Assembly: GCA_047602405.1 (NCBI GenBank)
Contig: JASGHJ010000001.1
Location: 64,001 to 128,000, forward strand
Reading direction: 5' to 3'
Source: Anaeromyxobacteraceae bacterium
GTDB lineage: Bacteria > Myxococcota > Myxococcia > Myxococcales > Anaeromyxobacteraceae
DNA: 64,000 nucleotides
Both the position numbers and the translations under genes were made by a program. Positions 20,851 through 31,375 of this stretch are shown piece after piece (within the stretch, counting starts at the first letter, position 1; every line of letters starts with the position of its first letter). The notes under the pieces were generated by a model. The model saw only the letters and a list, made by a program, of their open reading frames with translations, did not search any database and was not told the origin of the DNA.

Positions 20851-22377
20851 GTGAAGGCTCTCCACGAGGTTGACACGTTCGGCGGCATTGATGCGGACGC
20901 AGACACCCTGCTCGACGAGTGCTTCCAGGACCACGAAGCCTACTTGGAGGCGGTGGCTCACAAGCGGCCAGTGGTTCTGGGACGCAAGGGAAGCGGGAAG
21001 ACGGCCATTTTTCGGAAGATCATAAGAACCCGAAAGCATGACTTCTTCTCGTTTGGCCATACCTTTTCAGACTACCCATGGCACCACCACAACCTCCAGG
21101 CGCAGATTGGGGTGCCCGAGGAACTCCGCTATGTCCAAAGTTGGCAGTATCTCATTCTCCTGACGACGGCGAAGCTGCTTCTCAACCAGGACCAGAGTCA
21201 GCCCTGGAGTGAGACCGCGCAGGAGGAGCTGAGCCGCATAGAGAAGTTCGTTGTCGATTCGTACGGAACCCGGGACCCAGATGTCACGCAACTGTTTTCA
21301 CCTGCGAAGCGCCTACGCATTCGTCCGCACATTAGGATCGGGAAGGAATGGGCGGACCTAGGGCTCGATCTTGAACGCCTTCCGGTCTCTGACCTCCCCC
21401 GTGTACTTCAGGAGGTCAACGCGAATGTGAGTCGCGCCGTGGTCGAGTGCCTTAATCCGGAACTCGACTACTTCGTCTGCTTCGACGAGTTGGATCGCGG
21501 GTTCGACCTGAAAAGCGCCACCTACGGCAACATGCTTATCGGCCTGTTGCTCGCGGCGAAGCTGCTCAACGATCAAGCGCGAAACGCCGGGAAGCGCTTC
21601 TCTGTCGTAGTCTTCCTCCGAGACGACATCTACCAGACCCTCAAGTTCGAGGATAAGAACAAGGTCAGCGAGACCCTGGTATCTCGGATCGAGTGGGACT
21701 CAGCACGAACCAAGTGGACACTCCAAGCGCTCATGGAGCGTCGCTTTGAGAAGGTCATCGGCGATGGCGCGAAAGTCCCGTGGTCCACGGTGTTCGATGA
21801 GCTTCATCAGATGCCCGGTCGTCAAACGAAGTACCAGCACATGCTCGACCGGACGTTTCGACGCCCCAGAGACATCATCAAGTTCAGCAATGAAGTGCTT
21901 CATGCCTTCAAGGCCAGGGGGCAGTACGCCGAGACCACGTTCACAAATGACGACGTAAGCAATGCACGCGCGCCGTACTCGGAATACCTGTTGAGAGAGC
22001 TCGAGGACGAGGTGCACAAGCACCTGCCCGCGCATGAGGAGTACTTTGAGATTCTTCGCGCCGTCGGAACCGGACTGTTCGGCCGCGAGGAACTTGAATC
22101 GACCTGCAAGAAGCGCCCCGACCTGCTGAAGGACGGAAGCACTCCCATCCAGGTCTTACGCCAACTCTTCGAGTTCTCTGTCGTCGCCTATCAAAAGACC
22201 GGCGGCGTCGGTGGAGGATCGGAGTACGTGTGGCGACATATCGAAACGCGGGCGCGCTTTGATGAGGCAGCCGTCTACTTCAGGGTGCACCCTGGACTTG
22301 TCGAAGCACTGGGCCTGAAACGGTACGGCTGGAAGAAGCAAGGCGGCGGTGCTGACGCGGACGCAGAGCCCGCCTGA
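20851..22377 (+). CDS. P-loop ATPase (Sll1717/FunZ-like family)
   Basis: GTG after GGAGG; FGGIDA N-terminus, GRKGSGKT, FDELD, FLRDDIY, DKNK, RPRDII, VHP. Confidence 0.8.
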   Translation: MKALHEVDTFGGIDADADTLLDECFQDHEAYLEAVAHKRPVVLGRKGSGKTAIFRKIIRTRKHDFFSFGHTFSDYPWHHHNLQAQIGVPEELRYVQSWQYLILLTTAKLLLNQDQSQPWSETAQEELSRIEKFVVDSYGTRDPDVTQLFSPAKRLRIRPHIRIGKEWADLGLDLERLPVSDLPRVLQEVNANVSRAVVECLNPELDYFVCFDELDRGFDLKSATYGNMLIGLLLAAKLLNDQARNAGKRFSVVVFLRDDIYQTLKFEDKNKVSETLVSRIEWDSARTKWTLQALMERRFEKVIGDGAKVPWSTVFDELHQMPGRQTKYQHMLDRTFRRPRDIIKFSNEVLHAFKARGQYAETTFTNDDVSNARAPYSEYLLRELEDEVHKHLPAHEEYFEILRAVGTGLFGREELESTCKKRPDLLKDGSTPIQVLRQLFEFSVVAYQKTGGVGGGSEYVWRHIETRARFDEAAVYFRVHPGLVEALGLKRYGWKKQGGGADADAEPA

Positions 22378-22679
22378 GTCCATCCCGCCTGCGAGCGAGG
22401 TGTCGCCGTCGGCTCGCGCAGCACTCGTATCGCTCCGTATCCGCTTTGGCGACCTGAACGTCGCGTGCCTCGAATCCGGTTGCGATCGAGATACGCGAGA
22501 ATCTTCAGATGCGTTTCGTCTGTTGGAGACCGCGCCTGCGGTCTGCCCCGGTTCCGTATCAACCGTTTCGGGGCATCGTTTCCAACCCCGCGAGAAACGG
22601 CGCACGTCTGAGTCACACGCTACGGCGGAGTGGTCCTTCCAGTCGGAACGGAAGGCCGTCTCACTGTCAGACGAACGCG

Positions 22680-23774
22680 TGCGGATTCCGGCCAACGTGA
22701 ACACCGAGATCGCCGCAACGTGATCGCCGAGATCGGGCATCGTGATCGGAGCGAAGCGACGCTGGCTGGTTCACTTGTCGGACTCGGAGCTCTCCTTTCG
22801 CCGTGAGGGCCCCTTTAGCACGAGGCGATGGGAGTTGTGGAGGACGCGGTCGCAGACGGCGTCGGCGACGGTGGGGTCGCCGATGTGATCGTGCCACCGC
22901 GTCGTCGGCACCTGGCTGGTCATGATGGTCGAGCGGGCGCCGTGCCGGTCCTCGACGATCTCGAGCAGGTCGCGGCGCTCCTGGTCCTTCGGCGGGGCAA
23001 GGCCCCAGTCGTCGATGACGAGCACGTCCACGCGAGCGAAGCGGGCGAGCAGGTTCGCGTAGGTTCCGTCGGCGTGCGCGAGGGTGAGCTCCTCGTTGAG
23101 CCGCGTGGCGCGCCGGTAGATGGCGCGGAAGCCCTTCCGGCAGGCTTGCTGGGCGAGCGCGCAGGCGACGTAGGTCTTGCCGGTACCGGTGGCGCCGGTG
23201 ATGACGACGTTCTGGTGCTCCTCGACCCAGCGGCAGGTCGCGAGCTGGCGGACGGTGGCCTTCTCGAGCTCGCGTCGGGCCGGGTAGTCGATGTCCTCGA
23301 TGCAGGCGTTCGCGAGACGCAGCTTCGCCTCCTGGAGCACGCGGACGAGCCGCTTGTTCTCGCGGTGCAGCCACTGGGCGTCGATGAGCATGCCGAGTCG
23401 TTCGTCGAAGGGCAGCTTCTGGACCTCAGGATTCTTCTGCTGTTCGACCCAGGCGGCGGCGAGGGCGTCGAGGCGCAGCGCGCGCAGCTTCTCCATCGTG
23501 GGTTCCGTGAGCATCGCTTCTCCTGTCAGTGGTAGTAGCCGCCACCCCGCACGTTCTCGTGGGTGGCGGGGGTGGCGCCCTCGGCGACTTCCTCGGCCGG
23601 CGAGGGCAGCCGGTCGAGGCCGTTCTTCAGGATCGAATCGACGTGGCGATAGGAGCGCGCGCGCACGGCGACGGCACGAGCGCACGCCGCCTCGAGTCGC
23701 TCGTCCCCGTACCGCTTGCCGAGGCGCAGAATTCCGAGGCAGGAGCGGTAGCCCTGCTCGGGATGGCGGCGCTC
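22680..23774 (-). mobile_element. IS21-family element A, right part (istA C-terminus 23526..23774, istB, right end)
   Basis: RHPEQGYRSCLG...HENVRGGGYYH continues the 5758 istA; end TGCGGATTCCGGCC at 22680. Confidence 0.9.
22771..23514 (-). CDS. istB: IS21 helper ATPase IstB (element A)
   Basis: GATGTGKT, LVIDDWG, CDRVLHN. Confidence 0.93.
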   Translation of the reverse strand: MLTEPTMEKLRALRLDALAAAWVEQQKNPEVQKLPFDERLGMLIDAQWLHRENKRLVRVLQEAKLRLANACIEDIDYPARRELEKATVRQLATCRWVEEHQNVVITGATGTGKTYVACALAQQACRKGFRAIYRRATRLNEELTLAHADGTYANLLARFARVDVLVIDDWGLAPPKDQERRDLLEIVEDRHGARSTIMTSQVPTTRWHDHIGDPTVADAVCDRVLHNSHRLVLKGPSRRKESSESDK

Positions 23775-26434
23775 TGTCGAGGGGCGCGGTACCTGATCCA
23801 CCAGGAGCGCCCAAGCTGATCCACCCAGGGGCGGGCATGGTGATCCACCCATGATCACCCATACTGATCCACCCCAGGGGCGGGGTAACTGATCCACCCC
23901 GCAGCTCCCCACAGCACGACGTCGAGGCCGCCGCCGAGAGGCGCGCGGAGGGGGCGTCGTGCGCCTTGTGGCAGCCGCGGGCGCGTGCCACTCCGGGCCT
24001 TTTGCCTGGAGGGCGTGGATGGCAGGGAGGAGATGCGACGTGCTCGACGTTCGCGAGATGTTGCGACGGCTGCGGCTCGGCGAGAGCGCGCGGGCGGTGG
24101 CGAAGGGGCTCGGCGTCAGCCGCAATACGGTCCGCGAGTACGTGGCCTGGTTCGAGGGCGAGAAGCTCTTGGCAGGCGACGCGGCGACGCTGCCGACCGC
24201 CGCCGAGCTCGAGGAGAGGCTCGCCCGCACCGAACCCGTCCAGGCGCCTCCGCGGCTCATGGCGTACCACGACGAGATCGCCGAGCTCGTGGGCGCCGGC
24301 CTGCAGGTCAAGGTTGCCTGGGAGCGGTTCTCGGTGGCGCACCCCGACGTGCGCGGGAGCTACACCGCGTTCCGGCGCTTCGTGCGGCGGTACGTCGACG
24401 AGCGCCCGCGGCGCGCGGTCGTGCGGCTCGAGGTCGGTCCGGGCGAGGAGGCCCAGGTGGATTTCGGCTACGCGGGGCTCATCCCGCGGGCGCCGGGCGA
24501 GGCACCGGCGAAGACCTGGGTCTTCGTGATGACGCTCTCGCACAGCCGGCACCAGTACGTCGAGCTCGTGCAGGACCAGACCGTCGGGACCTGGCTCGCG
24601 CTGCACCGCAACGCGTTCGAGTTCTTCGGCGGGGTCCCGCGCAAGGTCCTCCTCGACAACCTGAAGGCCGGCATCATCAAGGCGTCGATCACCGATCCCG
24701 AGGTCCAGCGCGCCTACCGTGAATGCGCCGAGCACTACGGCTTCGTGATCTCGCCCTGCGTCGCGCGGACGCCCGAGCACAAGGGCAAGGTCGAGCGCGG
24801 CGTGCAGTACGTGAAGCGGAGCTTCCTCGCCGGGCGCGCCTTCCGCGGCCTCGTCGACGCCAACGGCGAGGCCATCGACTGGGTCGTCGACCACGCCGGC
24901 GCGCGCGTGCACGGCACGACGCAGGAGATCCCGATCCACGTCTTCGAGGCGCGGGAGCGGCCGGCGCTCATCCCGCTTCCCTCCAGCCCGTTCGATCTCG
25001 TCGAGTGGAAGCAGGCGAAGCTCCACCCCGACTGCCACGTCGTCTTCGCGCGCAGCTACTACTCGGCGCCTCATCCCTTCATCGGCGAGCGGTTGTGGCT
25101 GCGCTCCACCTCGCGGGTCGTCCAGCTCTTCCGCGAGCACCAGCTCGTGGCGACGCACGGGCGGGCGCTTCGGCCGGGCCAGCGCGTCACCAACCCCGCG
25201 CACCTGCCACCCAAGAAGCTCCGCTACCTGATGCAGACGCCGACCTGGTGCCGCGAGCGCGCTCGCCAGATCGGGCCAGCCACCGGCAAGTTCATCGAGC
25301 TGCTCCTCGGCGACGAGGTGCTCGATCGGCTCCGCGGGGCCCAGGCCACCCTGCGGCTCGCCGAGTCGGTGGGCGAGAAGCGGCTCGAGGCGGCCTGCCG
25401 CCGCGCCGTCGCCTGCGACGCGATCCAGGCCAAGACCGTGCAGCGGATCCTCAACCGCGGCCTCGACCGGGAGCCCTTGCCCGGCGACGCCGCGTCCCCG
25501 CTACCACCGCGTGCCGAGCCGACCTACGCGAGGACCTTCTTCGACCTGTTCAACCCGGCCGACACGGCCATCACCCAAGGAGAGACCCAGTGGACCTGAT
25601 CCATCAGCTCACCCCGATGCTGAAGAGCCTGAGGCTCAGCGGCATCCTCGAGACCCTCGAGCAGCGCAACCGCGGCGCCATCGACGCCAAGCTCTCGTAC
25701 GTTGAGTTCCTCGCCCAGCTCGTCGAGGACGAGGTCGAGCGGCGCGCTCAGCACAAGCTGAAGATGCGGCTGCGCCGCGCGGCCTTCGACCCGCAGAAGA
25801 CGCTCGAGACCTTCGACTTCACCGCCTGCCCCAAGGTCTCCCAGAAGGAGATCGCCGACCTCGCCACCTGCCGCTTCATCGAGCAGCACCAAAACGTCTT
25901 CTTCGTCGGCCCCTCTGGTGTCGGCAAGAGCCACCTCGCCCAGGCGCTCGGCCATGAGGCGTGCCGCCGCGGCTACGAGGTCGTCTTCATGACGGCCGCC
26001 CGCGCGCTCGCCCACCTCGCAGCAGGCCGCGCGGACGGCACCTACGAGCGCCGCCTCGCCAGCTTCGCCCGCCCCGACCTCATCATCCTCGACGACTTCG
26101 GCCTGAAGCCCCTCCGCGCGCCGGCCCCCGAGGACCTCTACGAGATCGTCGCCGAGCGGTACGAGAAGGGCTCGATGATCATCACCTCGAACCGCGCCTT
26201 CCCCGAGTGGCCCGAGGTCTTCGGCGAGCCGCTGCTCGCGAGCGCGGCGCTCGACCGGCTCGCCCACGACGCCCACCAGATCGCGATCACCGGCGAGAGC
26301 TATCGGACCCGCGCCACCCGCAAGCGCACCGCCGAGAGGAAGGGCGGAAACGAGGCGCGGGCCGACGCCTGATCGGGCCGAGGTGGATCACCATGCCCGC
26401 TCTCGGGGTGGATCAGTTGGGGGTTTCTTTGACA
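23775..26434 (+). mobile_element. IS21-family element B, copy 2 (2660 bp; istA 24019..25599, istB 25590..26372)
   Basis: Inverted copy of 7056..9715 with the same length and ORF translations. Confidence 0.95.
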
Positions 26435-26939
26435 CAACCCGAAGATCGGTCGCGACTGGATGCCGAGAGGGCTCCGGCGCTACGTGCTCACGCCCGGCCA
26501 GAACAGGAAGCGGTTCGTCGCCGGTGCGCTCAACGCCACGACCCGCAGGATGACCTGGGTGGAGGCGCCGACCAAGGCGAGCGAGCTCTTCCACAAGCTC
26601 GTGTGGAAGCTCCTGGGCGAGTACCGCGCTGCGCGGCGCATCCACCTCATCCTCGACAACTACATCATCCACTCGAGCAAGAAGACAAAGCGCTTCCTCG
26701 CCCAGTTCGGCGACCGCGTCGTGCTGCACTTCCTGCCCCCGTACTGCCCCGACGACAACCGCATCGAGCGCGTGTGGCTCGACCTGCACGCCAACGTGAC
26801 GCGCAATCACCGCTGCAAGACGATCGAGGAACTGATGGTCCAAGTCATCGCCTTCCTGCGCGCCTACAACCAGCGGAAGAAGCTCAACCCTTCACTCAAG
26901 CTCGCGGCCGGTGTTTCCGGATCGCGATCGGTCGTTTAG
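26435..26939 (+). pseudogene. IS630 transposase C-terminal part and right end
   Basis: NPKIGRDW...LILDNYIIH...LPPYCPDDNRIERVW; continues ...DVHLN from 9716. Confidence 0.9.
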
Positions 26940-28198
26940 ATGACGGGCTCGGGGCGCTTGGCAACCTCTTGGAGCATGCGCGTGTGCTCCTTCGGATCTG
27001 CCCGACGCAACGCCTCGAAGAGGTCGATGCCCCGAAGCTCCCGAACCTTCCGCGCTGTCGCATTGAACATGGAAGGATCCCAGGTGCGGGCAAACCCAAC
27101 GATGTCACGCAGGATGCGCTGCAACTCTTTTTCGCAGACCTCCTTCTTCGTGAGGTCGGCGTAAGTCAGTCCCGTCACCTTCGCGAGCTCGCGCAGTTGC
27201 GGCTCGGTGTACACATCGACTGGGAACCTGTCTTTCTTGTGGTTGTTGCACGCCCCACATAGACAGGTCGCATGCTCGTCGATGGGCCAGAGATAGGCCA
27301 TCGGCCGAGTGTGATCGAGCTCCACATCCTTGAGAGCGAGGGGCGTCTTGCACCGGAAACACTTCCGACCGAAACGGTTCCAAACGATGCTCTTGAGCCC
27401 TGCACCCTCCCGTTCCTTGATGGCGTACAGGGCTTCCGGTTCACGCAGGAACAGCTTTCGTTCCCGAGTGATGACCGAGCTCTCGTGAAGTTGGTCAACC
27501 GTCCGCTTGGGATTGAAGTCGTCGTTGATGCGCCACTTCTTGCAGGCGCGGCACTCGTTCTGATGGCCCGTTCTCTTGGCGTTGTGCTTGTGAAACGCGA
27601 GCGTCGCGGGCCGCTTCGTGTCGATAGGCAGCAGCCGCTGGCAATACGCGCACTTCTTCAGCGGGATCGGATCACCGTGTGCCGCCGCGGTGACGGCGTT
27701 CTCCCAACTGCCCATGGCGCGGACGGTCGGACTGGTGTGCGCGAGGTAAAAGGTTTCGGGGACAAGATGCGGCGACGCGAGTTGCGCCACATCCATCTTG
27801 AGCCCCTCAGGTTGACGAACGAGACCCGCATCCAGTCCCCAGAGGCATAGGTCCCCCGCCTCCGTTGGCAGGACGAGCTCGACTGCGAGCTTACCGGGCT
27901 CGGAGGCAGAGCTGATGCCGAAGCGGGTCCAGTGGCGACCGGCGTGGACTCGGACGGACGCGGTTCGGCTCGCAGTCGAGAGCCGGACCTCGACTTCGCA
28001 GGCCCTACGGGCCTTGAGGTAGCCGCCCGCGCATGCAGTGCCGCTTCTTCCCCCCAGGTCGGGCGCGGCGAACCGCAGAACGGCAACGCCAGGCGTAGGT
28101 CCGAGACCTACGAGGAGAGACGGCGCTTCCTGAATCGCTTGGTAGTCCCGGCTCGAACGGACGGCGTCCTTCCGAGACTGCTTCGCCAACCGGCGCAT
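26936..28198 (-). CDS. HNH (His-Cys, Zn) endonuclease, probable restriction endonuclease
   Basis: CAYC and ECRAC Zn knuckles; CFRC...ELDHTRP...CLCGACNNHK HNH motif. Confidence 0.8.
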   Translation of the reverse strand: MRRLAKQSRKDAVRSSRDYQAIQEAPSLLVGLGPTPGVAVLRFAAPDLGGRSGTACAGGYLKARRACEVEVRLSTASRTASVRVHAGRHWTRFGISSASEPGKLAVELVLPTEAGDLCLWGLDAGLVRQPEGLKMDVAQLASPHLVPETFYLAHTSPTVRAMGSWENAVTAAAHGDPIPLKKCAYCQRLLPIDTKRPATLAFHKHNAKRTGHQNECRACKKWRINDDFNPKRTVDQLHESSVITRERKLFLREPEALYAIKEREGAGLKSIVWNRFGRKCFRCKTPLALKDVELDHTRPMAYLWPIDEHATCLCGACNNHKKDRFPVDVYTEPQLRELAKVTGLTYADLTKKEVCEKELQRILRDIVGFARTWDPSMFNATARKVRELRGIDLFEALRRADPKEHTRMLQEVAKRPEPVI

Positions 28199-28615
28199 GC
28201 CCCCTCCCAGCGGGGGCAGCGTGGCACGACCGGGCTAGGACTTCAATCACTCAGAGCTCACACATTCTTGGGACCTGAAGGACTGTTTCAGGCGCTCTCG
28301 TCGTGGCTCTCGTCGTGCTGAATGGTTCCGCGCCAGGACGGTCTCCTCGGGCAAGTTGATGCGGTTTCGCGATTCCCGGCCCGTCGTACCACTATCGAGG
28401 TTCGGATCATCCTTCGCGCCTCCGGGGGTATGCGACGCCATGGCCCGGTGCCGTCGGCGTTCCGCCGGTTCCGGGGCCCGCCCCGTGCACCGGGGGAGTT
28501 GTTCCAGAATGCAATTTGAGGGTTTTGGTGCGTTCCGGGGCACGTCGCCGCGACAGAATCCGACCCGACGAGTCCCGCGTTTCCCTTCGACAGGCAGGCA
28601 TCTCGGCGGTGAGTC

Positions 28616-29612
28616 CTATTTCGTTGCGTAAGGGCACAACGCAGGTGCGCACGTGAGGCACGGCCGGGGCGCGGTGCGGCGCGAGCAGGGATCGACACGC
28701 GCATCTCGGTTGGACTTGGAGCAGAACGCGTAGAGGGCCTCCTGCACGAGTCGCGGTGAGTGGCGCGGTAGACCAGAACCGAACTCGCGCAAGTCCAGCT
28801 CGCGAGCCAGGGCACGTAGCCAGCGCTCTCGGGCGGCGTAGGTCTTCGCTCCTCGATGGTCGCGCAGCTGATCCACGGCCCACGCAACGTTCGTGTCCAC
28901 GACGACGAGGTCGTTCCCGTCCACCTCGGGGAACCACGGAGAGAGGCCCGGCGCGAGTGCGGGCGTCGAAAGCAGACTCACGAAAAGTGTCGCGAGTTTC
29001 CGACCAACGCGGTGAACCTCGGAGAGGTGTTCAACAAGTAGCTCGGCCCGCCTCCTAGGAGAGGGGTCCGCTTCACGGACTGAGGCAAGAAGTCGGCCGA
29101 ATCCACCGTAACCCGCGAGCAGCAGAAGGGCCGAGGAAGGGATTCTTGCCCATGTCCCCTGTTCGTCGGAACGCAACGGTCGCGTCCTTAACGTGGCAAG
29201 GAAGACGTGGATGCAGCCCGCAGGTCACGCGACCGCCACCCTTGCGGACATCGCAAGTGGAGTCGAACTCGCACTTTGATGCCAGAGCTTCGCAGGAGTG
29301 ATGCTTGATGGCGGACCGGAGGAAGGCCAGGTCAGCAACGGGCCGAACGGCAGCGCGTGGTGCGGTCAACTGCCGACGCATGACGACCACATCGCGTTGG
29401 GCCTGATACATCGAAAGCGTGACGAAGAAGCGGAAGAGTGCGTCCTCGCACCCGCGCGCGAGGCGCGTCGCATCGACGGCGAAGGAGCCGACTCGGCGTG
29501 GGTCGCAGTAGAAGGGAAGAGGCGAGGGTTCTGTCCGACGCACGTCGAAGTGCCACCTGACGACGGCACGGAGTGCGTCGAGGGTTCTGCGTCGTCGAGT
29601 TACTCTGGTCAT
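28616..29612 (-). CDS. HhH-GPD / endonuclease III-fold DNA glycosylase-like protein, +1 frameshift at ~29143
   Basis: LSEVHRVGRKLATLF HhH motif, VVVDTNV catalytic Asp, C-terminal 4-Cys cluster; the two ORFs join (GKIPSSALL) on removing one base of GATTC. Confidence 0.65.
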
Positions 29613-29648
29613 CCTTCGAGTGTCGGGTCTGGATGTCAGTGTAACGTA

Positions 29649-30485
29649 ATGCCCGACCAACCTACCTCTGAACCTCTTCGCCGTCCCTCATCCATCGCCT
29701 TCGTCGCTGACCTCGGGGATGCCCTCTTGGCGCGCGCCCGCGTTCAGCACGACAAGGGAGTCGGTCCGTTTAGCGCTGCTCGCACTGGCCTCGACGCAGC
29801 CGACCAGATGATTCGGTCCTGGTGGGGGGTCTCGGTCCTCACTTCAGCCCACGATGCGGAGGTGACCGCGTTCGCCGTTCAGATCGCGTACGCCACTAGC
29901 AAAGTGGACGGCAGGGTCTTGTGGCTGAGCCTTTCGGGCGAAGTCGAACGGCCGGTGTTCTACCTATTAACGGCGCTTTCCGGCGTGCCGTACCGATCGC
30001 TGTTCATCGAACGTACACTGGGGTCGGCTGAGTGGTCCGCCCTCGCATCGGCGCGCGAGGACATCGAGTCGTTGCCCGTGATGGTGGCCGACTGCCACGG
30101 CATGTCAGCCAGTGGAGTGCGCCTTGTCTGTGCCGAGGCAGCGTGTGGAATGCCCCTTGACCTCGTTATCGTAGATGGTGTCCGGCCGGGCGATGTTCGC
30201 GCCCTGGAGTCCTTGGAAGTCCTCTCAGAGGAGTTGGGCGTGCCGGTCTTGGTTCTCGCGCCTAGTGACGCCGACGCGACCCTCGGCGACTCGGAAGGAT
30301 GGACGGCGAGCCTCCGCCAAGGCTCTTTCGTCTTCCAGGTGAAGACCGAGGGGACGACAGGCGATCGATCGAGCCCCCATGTCGTGTCCGGGTTTGTCGC
30401 CGTCAACAGGGTCGGTCTTGCGCACCTCGCCTCCGTCCCGATCGCATTCGACCGCAGCTGTCGAAGGTTCTCAGGACTTGGTTAG
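29649..30485 (+). CDS. DnaB-like helicase C-terminal domain, degenerate
   Basis: RTGLDAADQM, VLWLSL, SGVPYRSL, EWSAL, LDLVIVDG, LSEELGVPVLVL follow DnaB_C; Walker A replaced by SAHDAEVTAF. Confidence 0.65.
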   Translation: MPDQPTSEPLRRPSSIAFVADLGDALLARARVQHDKGVGPFSAARTGLDAADQMIRSWWGVSVLTSAHDAEVTAFAVQIAYATSKVDGRVLWLSLSGEVERPVFYLLTALSGVPYRSLFIERTLGSAEWSALASAREDIESLPVMVADCHGMSASGVRLVCAEAACGMPLDLVIVDGVRPGDVRALESLEVLSEELGVPVLVLAPSDADATLGDSEGWTASLRQGSFVFQVKTEGTTGDRSSPHVVSGFVAVNRVGLAHLASVPIAFDRSCRRFSGLG

Positions 30486-30490
30486 GCCGA

Positions 30491-31315
30491 TCACTTCCCG
30501 CGCGGCGTGGCACTTCTCAAGTTGAAGGCTTCGACCATATGCGAGGGCGTCTTCAACTCTGACAGTTCGACTGGAGCATTCCTCGTCAGCGCCATCCAGA
30601 ACTCGGACGCGATTCGCGCGTCGGACTCGTCCCACCCGAAGGTTTCGCGGAAGACGCGATTAACAACCGCCTTCGACCGCTGAGGCGTCTTTAGGACGGA
30701 TGGTTTCGTCCGGCCCGACTTCAAGCGTCTCCTCCGGTTTCGAATTTGAGTGTCAGATCTGTTTAGGACTTTACCCAGCGCGGTAGCGGCGGCGGCGATT
30801 TGCCCGCCTGACTCCGACACTTCCTGTGCGGTTAGCACTAGCTCGTCGAGCTCGTCTTCGAACAGGAATAGGCCGTTACTGGTCCACAGGTCACGAATCG
30901 CCAGCTGGCGATCGTGCGCATTCTGTTGTGGCATTCGATAGATGGCGATGAGGCCCTCGAACAAGACGGAACTCAGGGCGAGGGCGCGCTCGTGATTCAT
31001 GCGTCTAGAACGGGCCGAAAGAACCTTCGACACTTTCGCCAGGTCACGCCATGCATCCAGGTCGGCGTTCTTCACGTTCGCATTCGGAGTGTCCAGGGCA
31101 GCGATGCAGTAGTCCATGCCGAGCCGCGCAACACCGGCGAGGATTCCCTCCACAAGCTCGGCCCGGGTCGCCGGGACTGCCGATCGCTTCAGCGCTCGTT
31201 CGAGAGCCGGTGCGAACTCGTCGGACCCCTCGTTCAAGAACGGCAGACGCGCGAGTCCTTCGCGCCAACCCTGCTTCGGCTTGCCTTGGTAGCCACCCTT
31301 GGAACGTTTGGTCAT
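30491..31315 (-). CDS. Hypothetical protein (possible HTH near the C-terminus)
   Basis: 274-aa ORF; ATALGKVLNRSDTQIRNRRRRL. Confidence 0.55.
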   Translation of the reverse strand: MTKRSKGGYQGKPKQGWREGLARLPFLNEGSDEFAPALERALKRSAVPATRAELVEGILAGVARLGMDYCIAALDTPNANVKNADLDAWRDLAKVSKVLSARSRRMNHERALALSSVLFEGLIAIYRMPQQNAHDRQLAIRDLWTSNGLFLFEDELDELVLTAQEVSESGGQIAAAATALGKVLNRSDTQIRNRRRRLKSGRTKPSVLKTPQRSKAVVNRVFRETFGWDESDARIASEFWMALTRNAPVELSELKTPSHMVEAFNLRSATPRGK

Positions 31316-31375
31316 GTGGGCCTTGTTCGCGCTCGCGTCTGACACTGTCAAGAGGCAACGGCGGTTTCCACCCGG

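Noticed and set aside
22771..25203. 810-aa ORF apparently fusing a long domain to IstB
   Set aside because: It is the antisense frame of IS21-B istA running into istB; real istB starts at 23514.
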